Source of the DNA: Eubacteriales bacterium
Lineage (GTDB): Bacteria > Bacillota > JASUSC01
Length of the DNA stretch: 63,535 nt
Direction: 5' to 3'
Assembly: GCA_030446285.1 (NCBI GenBank)
Contig: JASUSC010000001.1
Location: 1-63,535, forward strand
Of this stretch, positions 17,768-26,426 are shown one piece after another. The notes beneath the pieces were generated by a model that was given only the letters and a program-made list of their open reading frames with translations, ran no database searches and had not been told where the DNA came from. A program made the position numbers and the translations under genes. Within the stretch, counting starts at the first letter, position 1, and each line of letters begins with the position of its first letter.

Positions 17768-18802
17768 ATGAAACTTAAAGTAGGGGTAGTTTACGGCGGA
17801 AAATCAGGAGAACATGACGTTTCTCTACAGTCGGCTCGGTCGATAATGGAGGCCATGAATCCGGAAAAATATGAAATTCATCCTTTTTTTATTGACCGGC
17901 GAGGAAACTGGTTCTACCGGGAAAAAGAAAAGGTCTATCTTTCTTTAGATACGGAGGAAAAAGGCTTTGTCAAGGCGACTTCGGGCGAGTTTATCGCCAT
18001 TGATGTAGTGTTTCCTGTTTTGCACGGCCCTTACGGAGAAGACGGGACCATCCAGGGCTTGCTGGAAATGGCCGGCATACCCTATGTAGGAGCGGGGGTA
18101 CTCGCCTCAGCTGCCGGTATGGACAAAGGAATAATGAAAGCACTTTTTGCCCGGGCCGGTTTGCCGCAGGTAAAGTACACCACTGTTTACCGCTATCGGC
18201 TGGAAGAAGCGATTGAGGAGGAGATAAAGCGGGTGAAAGAAGAAATTGGTTTTCCATGTTTTGTCAAACCGGCCAATTTGGGTTCCAGTGTGGGTATTTC
18301 CAAGGTGAAAAGAGAAGAAGAGCTTTTGCCCGCTCTCCAGTTAGCGGCCCGTTACGATGCCAAAATAATAGTGGAACAGGGCCTGGAAGGAGTACGGGAG
18401 GTAGAAGTAGGAGTTCTCGGCAACTACCATCCCCAAGCTTCAGTAGTGGGAGAAATAATTCCTTCCAACGAGTTCTATGATTACCAAGCCAAGTATATCG
18501 ACGGTCGCTCCCAGTTGCTCATTCCGGCTCCTCTGCCGGAAGAGAGGGCGGAGGAAATTAGGAAGATGGCCATTGTGGCTTTTAAAGCGGTAGAAGGGAG
18601 CGGCCTGGGGCGGGTAGACTTTTTCCTCACCGGCGAAGGCAAGATCTATGTGAACGAGATCAACACTATGCCCGGTTTTACCCGTTACAGCATGTATCCC
18701 AAGCTGTGGGAAGCCACCGGCTTGCCCTATTCTGAACTGATTGACCGGCTCATTCAGCTGGCCCAGGAGCGATTTGCCGACCGCAGCCGGAACGCCGTCT
18801 GA
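17768..18802 (+). CDS. ddl: D-alanine--D-alanine ligase
   Basis: [47 protein letters not shown]. Confidence 0.93.
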   Translation: MKLKVGVVYGGKSGEHDVSLQSARSIMEAMNPEKYEIHPFFIDRRGNWFYREKEKVYLSLDTEEKGFVKATSGEFIAIDVVFPVLHGPYGEDGTIQGLLEMAGIPYVGAGVLASAAGMDKGIMKALFARAGLPQVKYTTVYRYRLEEAIEEEIKRVKEEIGFPCFVKPANLGSSVGISKVKREEELLPALQLAARYDAKIIVEQGLEGVREVEVGVLGNYHPQASVVGEIIPSNEFYDYQAKYIDGRSQLLIPAPLPEERAEEIRKMAIVAFKAVEGSGLGRVDFFLTGEGKIYVNEINTMPGFTRYSMYPKLWEATGLPYSELIDRLIQLAQERFADRSRNAV

Positions 18803-18820
18803 TAAGGTTGGTGAAGAAGA

Positions 18821-19420
18821 TTGTCTGGAATAAACAAGCTGGGAGGTCTCTACCTGCTTCGCCAGTGGGGACTGCCGGCAATAAAGTGGGAAATTTTTAC
18901 CTGCGACACCACGCTGCCCGCAAATTGCCTGTGGACAGTGCGTACTGCCCTTTATTCCGGCCACGATGTAAACCTCCCCCGGGCCGTGGGGGTTGAGGCT
19001 AAAGAAGCAGAGGCTTTTGCTCAGCGTCTGCTTCAAGAACTGGGCGACCGAGGGGTAGTTTTTTACTATCCGTATTTTGTCGCCGAGCGGAGCGGCACTC
19101 TGCTGGTGGAGAAAGAGCGGGCCATAGTGGAGGCGGTAAAGGGGGACCTCTGGCACTTGGTGAGCGAGGGGAAAAGAGATGCTTATCTTCTCCTGGATTT
19201 GGAAGAGGGAAAGATCCGGGAAGAGCGGCCGCCGGAATTTTTTACGCCTGAGGAACAGATGAAGCTTCTTGGCTGGGCTCGCCAGATCCGGTGGCGGGGC
19301 CGGGAGTATTTATCCGCCGGTTTTTCGCTTTTGCTGGAATGGAGTGTAGTGGCTGAAACGGAGGAACAATCGGGCGGGGACAAATTTGTTTTCTACGAAT
19401 TGCGGACCGTGACCGGTTAG
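18821..19420 (+). CDS. hypothetical protein (199 aa)
   Basis: TTG-start ORF with good coding texture and no family recognised. The segment WTVRTALYSGHDVNLPRAVGV is faintly reminiscent of nucleotide-binding grasp-type folds, but this is not a call. Confidence 0.5.
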   Translation: MSGINKLGGLYLLRQWGLPAIKWEIFTCDTTLPANCLWTVRTALYSGHDVNLPRAVGVEAKEAEAFAQRLLQELGDRGVVFYYPYFVAERSGTLLVEKERAIVEAVKGDLWHLVSEGKRDAYLLLDLEEGKIREERPPEFFTPEEQMKLLGWARQIRWRGREYLSAGFSLLLEWSVVAETEEQSGGDKFVFYELRTVTG

Positions 19421-19457
19421 ACTACATTATTTAATTTTTATTTTTGAGGGATAAGAA

Positions 19458-19913
19458 ATGCTGAACCGGATTTATTACACCCTGCAGCATATTTTGGTGA
19501 TGCGCCTGCTTTTGCAGTACCAGTTCAATAATTGGCAAAACCTCCACGATCTTCTTTTTCTGGCATCGGCCGAGAGTTTGGAACGCCACGATTTGGGTTT
19601 TTATGATTTTATCCGCACCAATAGCAACGTCTACAGCCCTATTTTACGCCAAGTAGTGCGCGAGCTTATTGCCGCCGGTGTCGTTGATGAGAAGCACCTC
19701 GCCCTCACCCCGCGCGGGCGGGAGATATATTACAGCCTTGGCTCTATTCTCCGTCCTTATGACGATTTCTGTCGCCGGATTGAGAAGATCGTAGAACGGC
19801 TGGGCCACGATGTGCGCAAGACCGGCCGGGCGGTAAGGAGCAATATTGCCTACCACCGGGCTAAGCGGGGGAAACACATTTTTCCCGAGGGGGACAAACC
19901 CTTTTTTCGCTAA
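19458..19913 (+). CDS. hypothetical protein, possible winged-helix (151 aa)
   Basis: GAGGG RBS 7 nt upstream of the ATG. ILRQVVRELIAAGVVDEKHLALTPRGREIYYSL looks like a wHTH recognition helix plus wing. Confidence 0.5.
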   Translation: MLNRIYYTLQHILVMRLLLQYQFNNWQNLHDLLFLASAESLERHDLGFYDFIRTNSNVYSPILRQVVRELIAAGVVDEKHLALTPRGREIYYSLGSILRPYDDFCRRIEKIVERLGHDVRKTGRAVRSNIAYHRAKRGKHIFPEGDKPFFR

Positions 19914-20087
19914 GAAGGAAAGAAAACGTGCGGGGTAAACGCTTTTGAAGAGGCCCGCCGGGTTTTCGCCACAGGTGAGGCAAAAGCCATGGCAGTGAGG
20001 ACCGGCGGAAAATGGGGTGAAGAGAAGGGATGAATAAAAATTGCCTATTTCGGGGCACCGGTAGAGGTAAGCCATCCGGGGGGAGAA

Positions 20088-20513
20088 ATGCTTTCTCCCC
20101 GGCTTGATCTGACCCGCAACGACCAGGTTCCAATCTTGCAGTACCTGAGTCAGGCGACGTCCGTAGTTCCCCGCAGCCAGTGGATATCTTTTTTACAGCT
20201 TCCCAGGGGTGAACTGTACCACCTGTCCTTTGTCAATGAGGTCATTAAGCCTCTGGCGGAAAGATTCGGTTCTTGCCCGCAGGATCTGGTTGCCAGAGCC
20301 CGGGAACTGAGCGGAACCCTTGGGACTATGGGGGATGCGGGAGCCGGTATTGCAGTTTTTCCCCGCCTGCCGGTGGTGGTTTCGGTGCGGGAAGGGGACG
20401 AGGAGTTCCCGGCCAGTGCCAACATTCTTTTCGATGCTACGACCCCTTTACACCTGACTACTGCTGCCACCTGGGTGCTGGGAGTGGAGTATCCCGCAAA
20501 CTCCGGGGGGTAA
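20088..20513 (+). CDS. hypothetical protein, DUF3786-like (possibly the C-terminal part of an interrupted gene)
   Basis: 141-aa ORF. The same frame stays open upstream to 19914 except for a single TGA at 20031-20033. The family assignment is from memory and weak. Confidence 0.45.
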   Translation: MLSPRLDLTRNDQVPILQYLSQATSVVPRSQWISFLQLPRGELYHLSFVNEVIKPLAERFGSCPQDLVARARELSGTLGTMGDAGAGIAVFPRLPVVVSVREGDEEFPASANILFDATTPLHLTTAATWVLGVEYPANSGG

Positions 20514-20671
20514 GCGGCCAGCAGTTCGCTTGAATGAAAAAGGACTTATCCCGGTGGGCTTGCCCTAGCGAACGGGGGTATTTGATATGGCCCGGTCTTT
20601 TTTAAAACACCGGGAGGGGGTTATTATTTTTTTCTCTGGCGGCGAAAAAAGGCGAAAAAAGGTGCAACCTG

Positions 20672-20700
20672 TTGACCGGGGGCGAATATGATGGTACTAT
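20672..20700 (+). promoter_or_regulatory. sigma-A type promoter upstream of lysA
   Basis: TTGACC - 17 nt - TACTAT, with TGG immediately upstream of the -10 (extended -10). Confidence 0.6.
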
Positions 20701-20784
20701 AAAACTGTTATGTTTACACGGCGGGAGCCGTTTTTTTATACCCAACCTGGCATTGCGCCAGCAAAAATTACGGGGTGAGGGACA

Positions 20785-22104
20785 GTGAAACTGCAGGGCA
20801 CCATGCGGATAAATGAAAAAGGGCATTTGGAAATAGGCGGCTGCGATACTGTGGAGCTGGCCCGGGAGTTTGGCACACCTCTGTACGTACTGGACGAACA
20901 ATTTTTACGCGATAACTGCCGCCAGTACCGACGGGCTTTTATGGAGCGGTACGACAAGGCGCTGGTAATCTACGCCAGTAAGGCTCTGGCCACGACGGCC
21001 GTGTTCCGGATTATCGAGGAGGAAGGGCTGGGCCTGGATGTGGTCTCCGGCGGGGAGATTTTTACCGCTCTTGAAGCCGGCTTCCCCATGGAAAAAGTGT
21101 ATTTCCACGGCAATAACAAGTCTCCCCAGGAGCTCAGACTGGCCCTGGAGGTTGGCGTGGGTCGGATTGTCGTCGACAACCTGTACGAAATGGAGCTTCT
21201 CAATTCTATAGCCCTGGAGATGGGGAAAAAGGCGGACATCCTTATTCGAATTACGCCGGGGATTGAAGCCCACACCCATGATTACATCCGTACCGGGCAA
21301 ATTGATTCCAAATTCGGACTGGTGTTGAGCAACGGTCAGGCCATGGAGGGGGTAAAAAAGGCCCTCACCCTGCCCGGGCTTAATTTCTTAGGAGTTCACT
21401 GCCACATTGGCTCCCAGATTTTTGAACTGGAGTCTTATCGGCATGCGGCGGAAGTGATGATGGACTTTATCCGCCAGATTAAAGACGAGACGGACGTAAC
21501 CGTTCAGGAACTGAATCTGGGCGGCGGTTTTGGTATTTACTATGCTGCCGGGGATCGGCCGGCCAGCGTGGAAGCCTATGCTTACATGGTTATGGAAGCG
21601 GTCCACCGCAAAGCGGAAGAACTGCGTCTGCCCGTACCGCTGGTGATTGTTGAGCCAGGTCGTTCCATCGTGGGACCGGCCGGTACCACCCTTTATGCGG
21701 TGGGAGCGGTAAAAGAGATCCCAGGGGTACGCAAGTATGTGGCCGTGGACGGAGGCATGAGCGATAACCCCCGCCCGGCACTCTACCAGGCCAGATACGA
21801 GGCCATGCTGGCCAACAAGGCGGCGGAACGCCCGGTAGAGCTGGTCTCCATTGCCGGGAAATGCTGCGAGTCGGGGGATATGCTCATCTGGGACATTACC
21901 CTGCCGCCAGTAGAGCCGGGTGATATCCTGGCAGTAGCCTGCACCGGTGCCTACAACTACTCCATGGCCAGCAACTACAACCGCTTGCCCCGACCAGCCA
22001 TGGTGCTGGTGAAGGACGGCCAGGCCGATCTCATCGTGCGTCGGGAATCCTACGAAGACTTGGTTCGTAATGACGTCATCCCTCCTCGCTTGCAAAAGAA
22101 GTAA
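20785..22104 (+). CDS. lysA: diaminopimelate decarboxylase
   Basis: 439 aa. YASKALATTAV (PLP lysine region), HCHIGSQI, GGGFGI, CESGD. GTG start. Confidence 0.93.
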   Translation: MKLQGTMRINEKGHLEIGGCDTVELAREFGTPLYVLDEQFLRDNCRQYRRAFMERYDKALVIYASKALATTAVFRIIEEEGLGLDVVSGGEIFTALEAGFPMEKVYFHGNNKSPQELRLALEVGVGRIVVDNLYEMELLNSIALEMGKKADILIRITPGIEAHTHDYIRTGQIDSKFGLVLSNGQAMEGVKKALTLPGLNFLGVHCHIGSQIFELESYRHAAEVMMDFIRQIKDETDVTVQELNLGGGFGIYYAAGDRPASVEAYAYMVMEAVHRKAEELRLPVPLVIVEPGRSIVGPAGTTLYAVGAVKEIPGVRKYVAVDGGMSDNPRPALYQARYEAMLANKAAERPVELVSIAGKCCESGDMLIWDITLPPVEPGDILAVACTGAYNYSMASNYNRLPRPAMVLVKDGQADLIVRRESYEDLVRNDVIPPRLQKK

Positions 22105-22115
22105 AAAAGCGTGTC

Positions 22116-22143
22116 ACGCCGGAAAATCCGGCGTTTATTTTTT
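22116..22143 (+). terminator. intrinsic terminator after lysA
   Basis: ACGCCGG-AAAAT-CCGGCGT followed by TTTATTTTTT. Confidence 0.8.
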
Positions 22144-22197
22144 GGGACAAAATTTTACTCCTGCTTGTGGAAAAGGGCGGTTTCTGGTAAAATATAA

Positions 22198-22224
22198 TCA
22201 GTATACTGAATATCAGTATACTGA
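22198..22224. promoter_or_regulatory. tandem 12-bp perfect palindromes (putative MarR operators) overlapping a TATAAT box
   Basis: TCAGTATACTGA occurs at 22198-22209 and again at 22213-22224, separated by ATA. TATAAT lies at 22193-22198, 24-50 nt upstream of the marR-family start. Confidence 0.7.
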
Positions 22225-22247
22225 CATAAGCAGGAAGAAGGGGGACG

Positions 22248-22685
22248 ATGGGAGAGGGAGTGATATTTGACATCGAGGATGCCCTTGGTTTCCTCCTGGC
22301 CAAGGCTCATAAAAAGGCTTTCAATGAGTTTAAAACGAGGTTGGAACCTTATCATCTCACGCCGCCGCAGTTTGTCGCCATGGCTTTTCTCTGGAAGAAG
22401 GACGGTATCAGTCAGATTCAACTGGGGGAACTGATGCATGCGGACAGGACTACCATCGGCGGCATTGTGGAGCGGCTGGAGAAACTGGGTTTAATAAAAA
22501 GGAAGGTAAACCCTGCCGACCGCAGGGCCTGCATCCTCTATGTGACGGAAAAGGGGTGGAGTTTGCGCAAAGAATTAGAACGAGTTGCGTTTGAATTTAA
22601 TAAAAACCTCGGCATGATTTTTTCGCCGGAAGAACTTTCCGCTTTAAAAGCAATGCTGAGGAGGATTATTTATAGAGGAAAATAA
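22248..22685 (+). CDS. MarR family transcriptional regulator
   Basis: 145 aa. LTPPQFVAMAFLWKKDGISQIQLGELMHADRTTIGGIVERLEKLGLIKRKVNPADRR is a typical MarR wHTH. Confidence 0.88.
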   Translation: MGEGVIFDIEDALGFLLAKAHKKAFNEFKTRLEPYHLTPPQFVAMAFLWKKDGISQIQLGELMHADRTTIGGIVERLEKLGLIKRKVNPADRRACILYVTEKGWSLRKELERVAFEFNKNLGMIFSPEELSALKAMLRRIIYRGK

Positions 22686-22719
22686 ATTTTCCCAAATTCA
22701 GCAAAGGAGGCGAGGCAAG

Positions 22720-23094
22720 GTGAACTGTGCCCGGTGCGGCTGTGTGATCCCGGAGGGCGAGTCTTACGATTATTACGGTCAAGCCCTCTGCGAAGACTGT
22801 TATATCGGGGCTATCGAACCGCCCCGTCCTTGCGATGTAGCGGCGGTGCACTCGGCTAAAAAAATCCGCGCTCTGACAGGAGAAAGGGGGACGGAAGGGT
22901 TAACCGAGTTGCAGAAAGAGATATACAATTACATAGAGGAGCGCGGCAAGGTCACTAAAACGGAACTGGCCCAGAAATTTAACCTGCCCGAGTGGGAGCT
23001 GGAGAAACAATTTGCCGTTTTAAGGCACTGTGAGTTGATAAAAGCGAGAAAAGAAGGGGATAAAATTTACCTCGTTCCTTTTGATGCCAAATAG
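22720..23094 (+). CDS. zinc-ribbon plus winged-helix small protein (uncharacterised)
   Basis: N-terminal CxxC..CxxC (CARCGCVIPEGESYDYYGQALCEDC) and a C-terminal wHTH-like LQKEIYNYIEERGKVTKTELAQKF. GTG start. Confidence 0.6.
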   Translation: MNCARCGCVIPEGESYDYYGQALCEDCYIGAIEPPRPCDVAAVHSAKKIRALTGERGTEGLTELQKEIYNYIEERGKVTKTELAQKFNLPEWELEKQFAVLRHCELIKARKEGDKIYLVPFDAK

Positions 23095-23105
23095 GGGGGA
23101 ATAAG

Positions 23106-23459
23106 ATGGCAGGAGAGACGGCTCTCGAAACCCTGAAAAAGCTGGAGGAAAACCAGCAGCAGATCGCTGGGATGCTGCCGGAACTGATGAAAAGCTTTAA
23201 AAGCGTCCATGAAGCTGCTTTAGCTGATGGTGCCCTCACTTCCCGGGAGAAAGTTTTGATCGGGCTCGGTATAGCTGTGGCCAAGCAGTGTCACTACTGC
23301 ATAACCAGGTACGTAAAAGCAGCGGTTGATCTGAATATCGGCCTGCAAGAAATTATGGAGGCCTGCGGCGTGGCCATGTTGATGAACGGAGGTCCCAGCG
23401 TTGCTTATACCTCCGTAGTTCTGGATACTTATAATGAACTGACGAAAAACAGAGGTTAA
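23106..23459 (+). CDS. carboxymuconolactone decarboxylase (AhpD-like) family protein
   Basis: 117 aa with the AhpD-type CxxC motif (KQCHYCITRYVKAA). Confidence 0.8.
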   Translation: MAGETALETLKKLEENQQQIAGMLPELMKSFKSVHEAALADGALTSREKVLIGLGIAVAKQCHYCITRYVKAAVDLNIGLQEIMEACGVAMLMNGGPSVAYTSVVLDTYNELTKNRG

Positions 23460-23564
23460 GAGGCTACGGTTTGTAAAAAATAACCGCAGGGTTTGCCGTG
23501 GTTTTCTTGTGAATTCGGTACATTTAGACTTTAAGGGATGGCAGTTTGCGGAGGTTACTGTTTC

Positions 23565-24473
23565 ATGATAAATCGTCAGCAACTGGAGTTGTTTAAAACG
23601 GTAGCGGAGAAAAAGAGTTTTTCCAGGGCATCCGAGGTTTTGCACATTAGCCAGCCGGCTATTTCCCAGCAAATCAGCGCGCTGGAACAGTACTTGGGGG
23701 TAAAACTCCTCGAGCGTACGACCAGAAAGGTAACGCTTACGGAAGAGGGGAAAATACTGTATCAGTATGCCCTTCAGATTTCTAAACTCTTTGACGAGGC
23801 GGAACGGGCGATTAGCGAGTTCACCGGGATGGTAAAAGGGGTTTTAAGGATCGGAGCCAGTCTGACCATTGGCGAATATTTGTTGCCCAATATTATCGGG
23901 GAGTTTAAAGCTAAATACCCCCAAGTTCAAATAATGCTTGACGTCTTTAATACCAAGCGCGTCGTCCAGAGCCTTTTGCAGCAAAACATTGACGTGGGGC
24001 TGGTGGAAGGGCCGGTAAACAGCGAGGAACTGACCGTAAAACCGTTAATGGAAGATGAACTTTGCGTCATCGTAAGTCATAAACACCCCTTGGCCGGGCG
24101 GAATTCCGTGTCTCTGGAGGAACTGGCGTGTTTTCCTTTTGTGCTGCGGGAGAAGGGTTCGGGGACGCGGGAAGTAATGGAAGAGGCTTTGCGCAAAGCC
24201 GGCTGGGACCCCAAAGACATGATCGTAAACCTGGAATTGGGCAGTACCGAGGCTGTAAAGGCAGCGGTGGAAGCAAATCTGGGTATAACTATTTTATCCA
24301 AACGTACCGTGCGCAAAGAATTGCAGTTGAATGTGTTAAAAGTGCTTCCCATAGAGGGACTGGAAATAAAAAGAAAGTTTTATCTCGTTCACAATCCCAA
24401 AAAACACCATACCCCGGCTATGGAACACTTCTTAGATTTCCTCACCGGTATTTCCGATTTTGAACAGTTTTAA
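23565..24473 (+). CDS. LysR family transcriptional regulator
   Basis: MINRQQLELFKTVAEKKSFSRASEVLHISQPAISQQISALEQYLGVKLLER is the canonical LysR HTH. A substrate-binding domain follows. Confidence 0.9.
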   Translation: MINRQQLELFKTVAEKKSFSRASEVLHISQPAISQQISALEQYLGVKLLERTTRKVTLTEEGKILYQYALQISKLFDEAERAISEFTGMVKGVLRIGASLTIGEYLLPNIIGEFKAKYPQVQIMLDVFNTKRVVQSLLQQNIDVGLVEGPVNSEELTVKPLMEDELCVIVSHKHPLAGRNSVSLEELACFPFVLREKGSGTREVMEEALRKAGWDPKDMIVNLELGSTEAVKAAVEANLGITILSKRTVRKELQLNVLKVLPIEGLEIKRKFYLVHNPKKHHTPAMEHFLDFLTGISDFEQF

Positions 24474-24501
24474 ATCCACCGTCCGGGTTGGAATAGGGCG
24501 G

Positions 24502-25560
24502 TTAAAAACCGAAGTGAATGATCAGCCAGAAACTCAGGAGGGAAAGAACAATCGATCCCAGGAAACCGACGGCGAAGGGTTTTTTACCCAGGCGGTGTAG
24601 CGAGGAAATATTTACGTTCAAACCCAGGGCCGCCATGGCCATGGTTAAAAAGAGGACGCTGAGGTTTAAGAGAAGAGATGTAGCTCGGGGAGGAAGAATC
24701 CCCGCCGTATTGATGATGCTTACTCCTAAAAATCCGAGGATAAAGCAGGGGAAGGGTAAATTCCGGAAGGAGTATTTTGCGCCGGGGTTTTGCGTGCGGT
24801 GGTAAAAGAAGCCGATGACGAGGACAGCGGGAGCCAGTAGGGCCACCCGGCCCAATTTTACCAGGACAGCCATTTGGACTGCTGCAGTGCCGGCCGGCTG
24901 GGCGGCGGCAACTACGTGGGCCAGTTCGTGGAGGGTAGCGCCGGCAAAAATACCGTATGCCTGCCTGCTTATCAGTCCCATTTGCAGCAGGAAGGTGTAC
25001 GCTACCGTACCGGCAGTTCCCAGGAGGGAGATGATGGCGACGGAAACGGCTGTCTGTTCCTCATTTGCTTCCACTGCCGGAGCCGTAGCAGCGACGGCGG
25101 CAGCACCGCAAACTCCCGTTCCCACCCCGGTAAGCAGGGCCATCTTTTTATCCACGCCCGTTTGCCGGCCGAGGAAGTAGATAAAACTTACGGCGAAGGT
25201 GATTACGGCGAGGTCGAAGAGCAGGATTTTCGGTCCCATAGAAATGATGCTGTTTATATTCAGCCTTATTCCCATCAGAATTATTCCCAGCCGGAGGATT
25301 TTTTTGGCCGTAAAGTCGATGCCTTCCCGGGCTTTTTGTGGTACGTCCATAATGGCCTGCCAGGCAATTCCCAGCAGGATGGCGAGAACCATCGTTCCCA
25401 TAACGGAGACGTAAGGGAAAGTTGCAATTTTCCGGGCCAGTACGCTCAACACCAGCGTTAAAATTATTCCCGGCAGGTACCGTGCTTGCCGGAGCTTGAG
25501 CAGGGAAAGGGTGTTTTGCTTGCAATTCTCGTACGTCTGCACGGACGGAACACCTCCCAT
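24502..25560 (-). CDS. YeiH/UPF0324 family membrane protein (putative sulfate exporter family)
   Basis: 352-aa protein with 10-11 TM segments, glycine-rich TM segments (GVGTGVCGAAAVAATAP) and a neighbouring LysR gene, as in yeiE/yeiH pairs (here convergent). Confidence 0.75.
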   Translation of the reverse strand: MGGVPSVQTYENCKQNTLSLLKLRQARYLPGIILTLVLSVLARKIATFPYVSVMGTMVLAILLGIAWQAIMDVPQKAREGIDFTAKKILRLGIILMGIRLNINSIISMGPKILLFDLAVITFAVSFIYFLGRQTGVDKKMALLTGVGTGVCGAAAVAATAPAVEANEEQTAVSVAIISLLGTAGTVAYTFLLQMGLISRQAYGIFAGATLHELAHVVAAAQPAGTAAVQMAVLVKLGRVALLAPAVLVIGFFYHRTQNPGAKYSFRNLPFPCFILGFLGVSIINTAGILPPRATSLLLNLSVLFLTMAMAALGLNVNISSLHRLGKKPFAVGFLGSIVLSLLSFWLIIHFGF

Positions 25561-25620
25561 TCCTTTTATTTACTGCTGCTAAGATTTTCCGGAGCTAAAT
25601 ATACCACGGCGGGAGGAAGA

Positions 25621-25666
25621 TGTTAAATTCGCATTTAACATGAGTTTTATAAGCGATGCTTATAAA
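25621..25666. promoter_or_regulatory. two adjacent palindromes in the yeiH upstream region
   Basis: TGTTAAAT-TCGC-ATTTAACA (25621-25640) and TTTATAAGC-GAT-GCTTATAAA (25646-25666) lie 60-105 nt upstream of the yeiH start codon. Confidence 0.55.
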
Positions 25667-25849
25667 TAACAAGGGTCATGAGTTGAGAAGTGGATAAAGT
25701 TCCGGCTTACCCGCAACTTTCCCCAGCTTAATATGGAGAAAATTACTGTAGGGCGGTGGCAGGAAAAAACTGCTGGATAAAAAAGAGACTTTACCGTCCG
25801 CACGCAGGACGGGCAACTATCGGAGACAGTCACTCGGAGGTGAGGTCTC

Positions 25850-25951
25850 GTGAATGCTAGTCGACAGGCTCAGGAGAGATTCCTGCAAATCGTGGATTGT
25901 ATTTTTAAAGCTTTGGAAAAAGGAGCGAACTATCCTGAAAATTTAAGCTAG
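25850..25951 (+). CDS. small hypothetical ORF (33 aa), absent from the ORF track
   Basis: A GGAGGTGAG RBS lies 5 nt before the GTG. The product is VNASRQAQERFLQIVDCIFKALEKGANYPENLS. Coding status is unproven. Confidence 0.35.
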   Translation: MNASRQAQERFLQIVDCIFKALEKGANYPENLS

Positions 25952-25952
25952 A

Positions 25953-26177
25953 GTGCAAGACCAACTCAACAAATTTGGGCAGGATATATGCCGGTGGGTA
26001 GAAGAAGCTGGCGACGCCAGGTTGTTTACGGAACGGGCGGAGCGAACGGAAGACTACCCTTGCGGTTTTTGGACCTGGAGAATGCGAATAGACCTACTAC
26101 AGGCACAAAAAAGAGACGACTTTCGGGAGGTAGAAGAAGTTCTGAAGGGAGCGATGAGGGCTGCGGGGAGTAAATAA
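25953..26177 (+). CDS. small hypothetical protein (74 aa)
   Basis: The GTG start lies 1 nt after the previous stop, in a different frame. The sequence is amphipathic and charged (..FTERAERTEDYPCGFWTWRMRIDLLQAQKRDDFREVEEVLKG..). No family was recognised. Confidence 0.4.
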   Translation: MQDQLNKFGQDICRWVEEAGDARLFTERAERTEDYPCGFWTWRMRIDLLQAQKRDDFREVEEVLKGAMRAAGSK

Positions 26178-26382
26178 AGAGCGACTGGGATGGGATTACG
26201 GCGTACTGGAGGTATAATGAGGCGGAGGGATGCGGCGGGGAAGGACATGTAAGCCCCTATGTTGTCAGCGCGATTTAGCAACCGGCTTGGCACGACACTA
26301 GACTAGGGTACTTAGTAGACAGGAGGGGGTAGAATGAGCGTGAATAAGGTAGAGGGACATTTTTCGCCAGGGATGATCTGGC

Positions 26383-26426
26383 ACAGGCTTGTGGGGGGAT
26401 GCACAAGCCTGTTTTTTTTTTTTTTT
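26383..26426 (+). terminator. very strong intrinsic terminator with a T15 tract
   Basis: 11-bp stem ACAGGCTTGTG / CACAAGCCTGT with an 8-nt loop, followed by 15 consecutive T (26412-26426). Confidence 0.85.

Noticed and set aside
20031-20033. In-frame TGA as a selenocysteine codon
   Set aside because: I saw no obvious SECIS-like stem-loop immediately downstream. The family is not known to me as a selenoprotein. Given the abundance of pseudogenes in the window, a nonsense mutation is more parsimonious. It is kept as a low-priority check.
20514-20784. Lysine (L-box) riboswitch upstream of lysA
   Set aside because: I looked for the conserved L-box core and a multi-helix junction. Only a promoter and a tiny hairpin are present.
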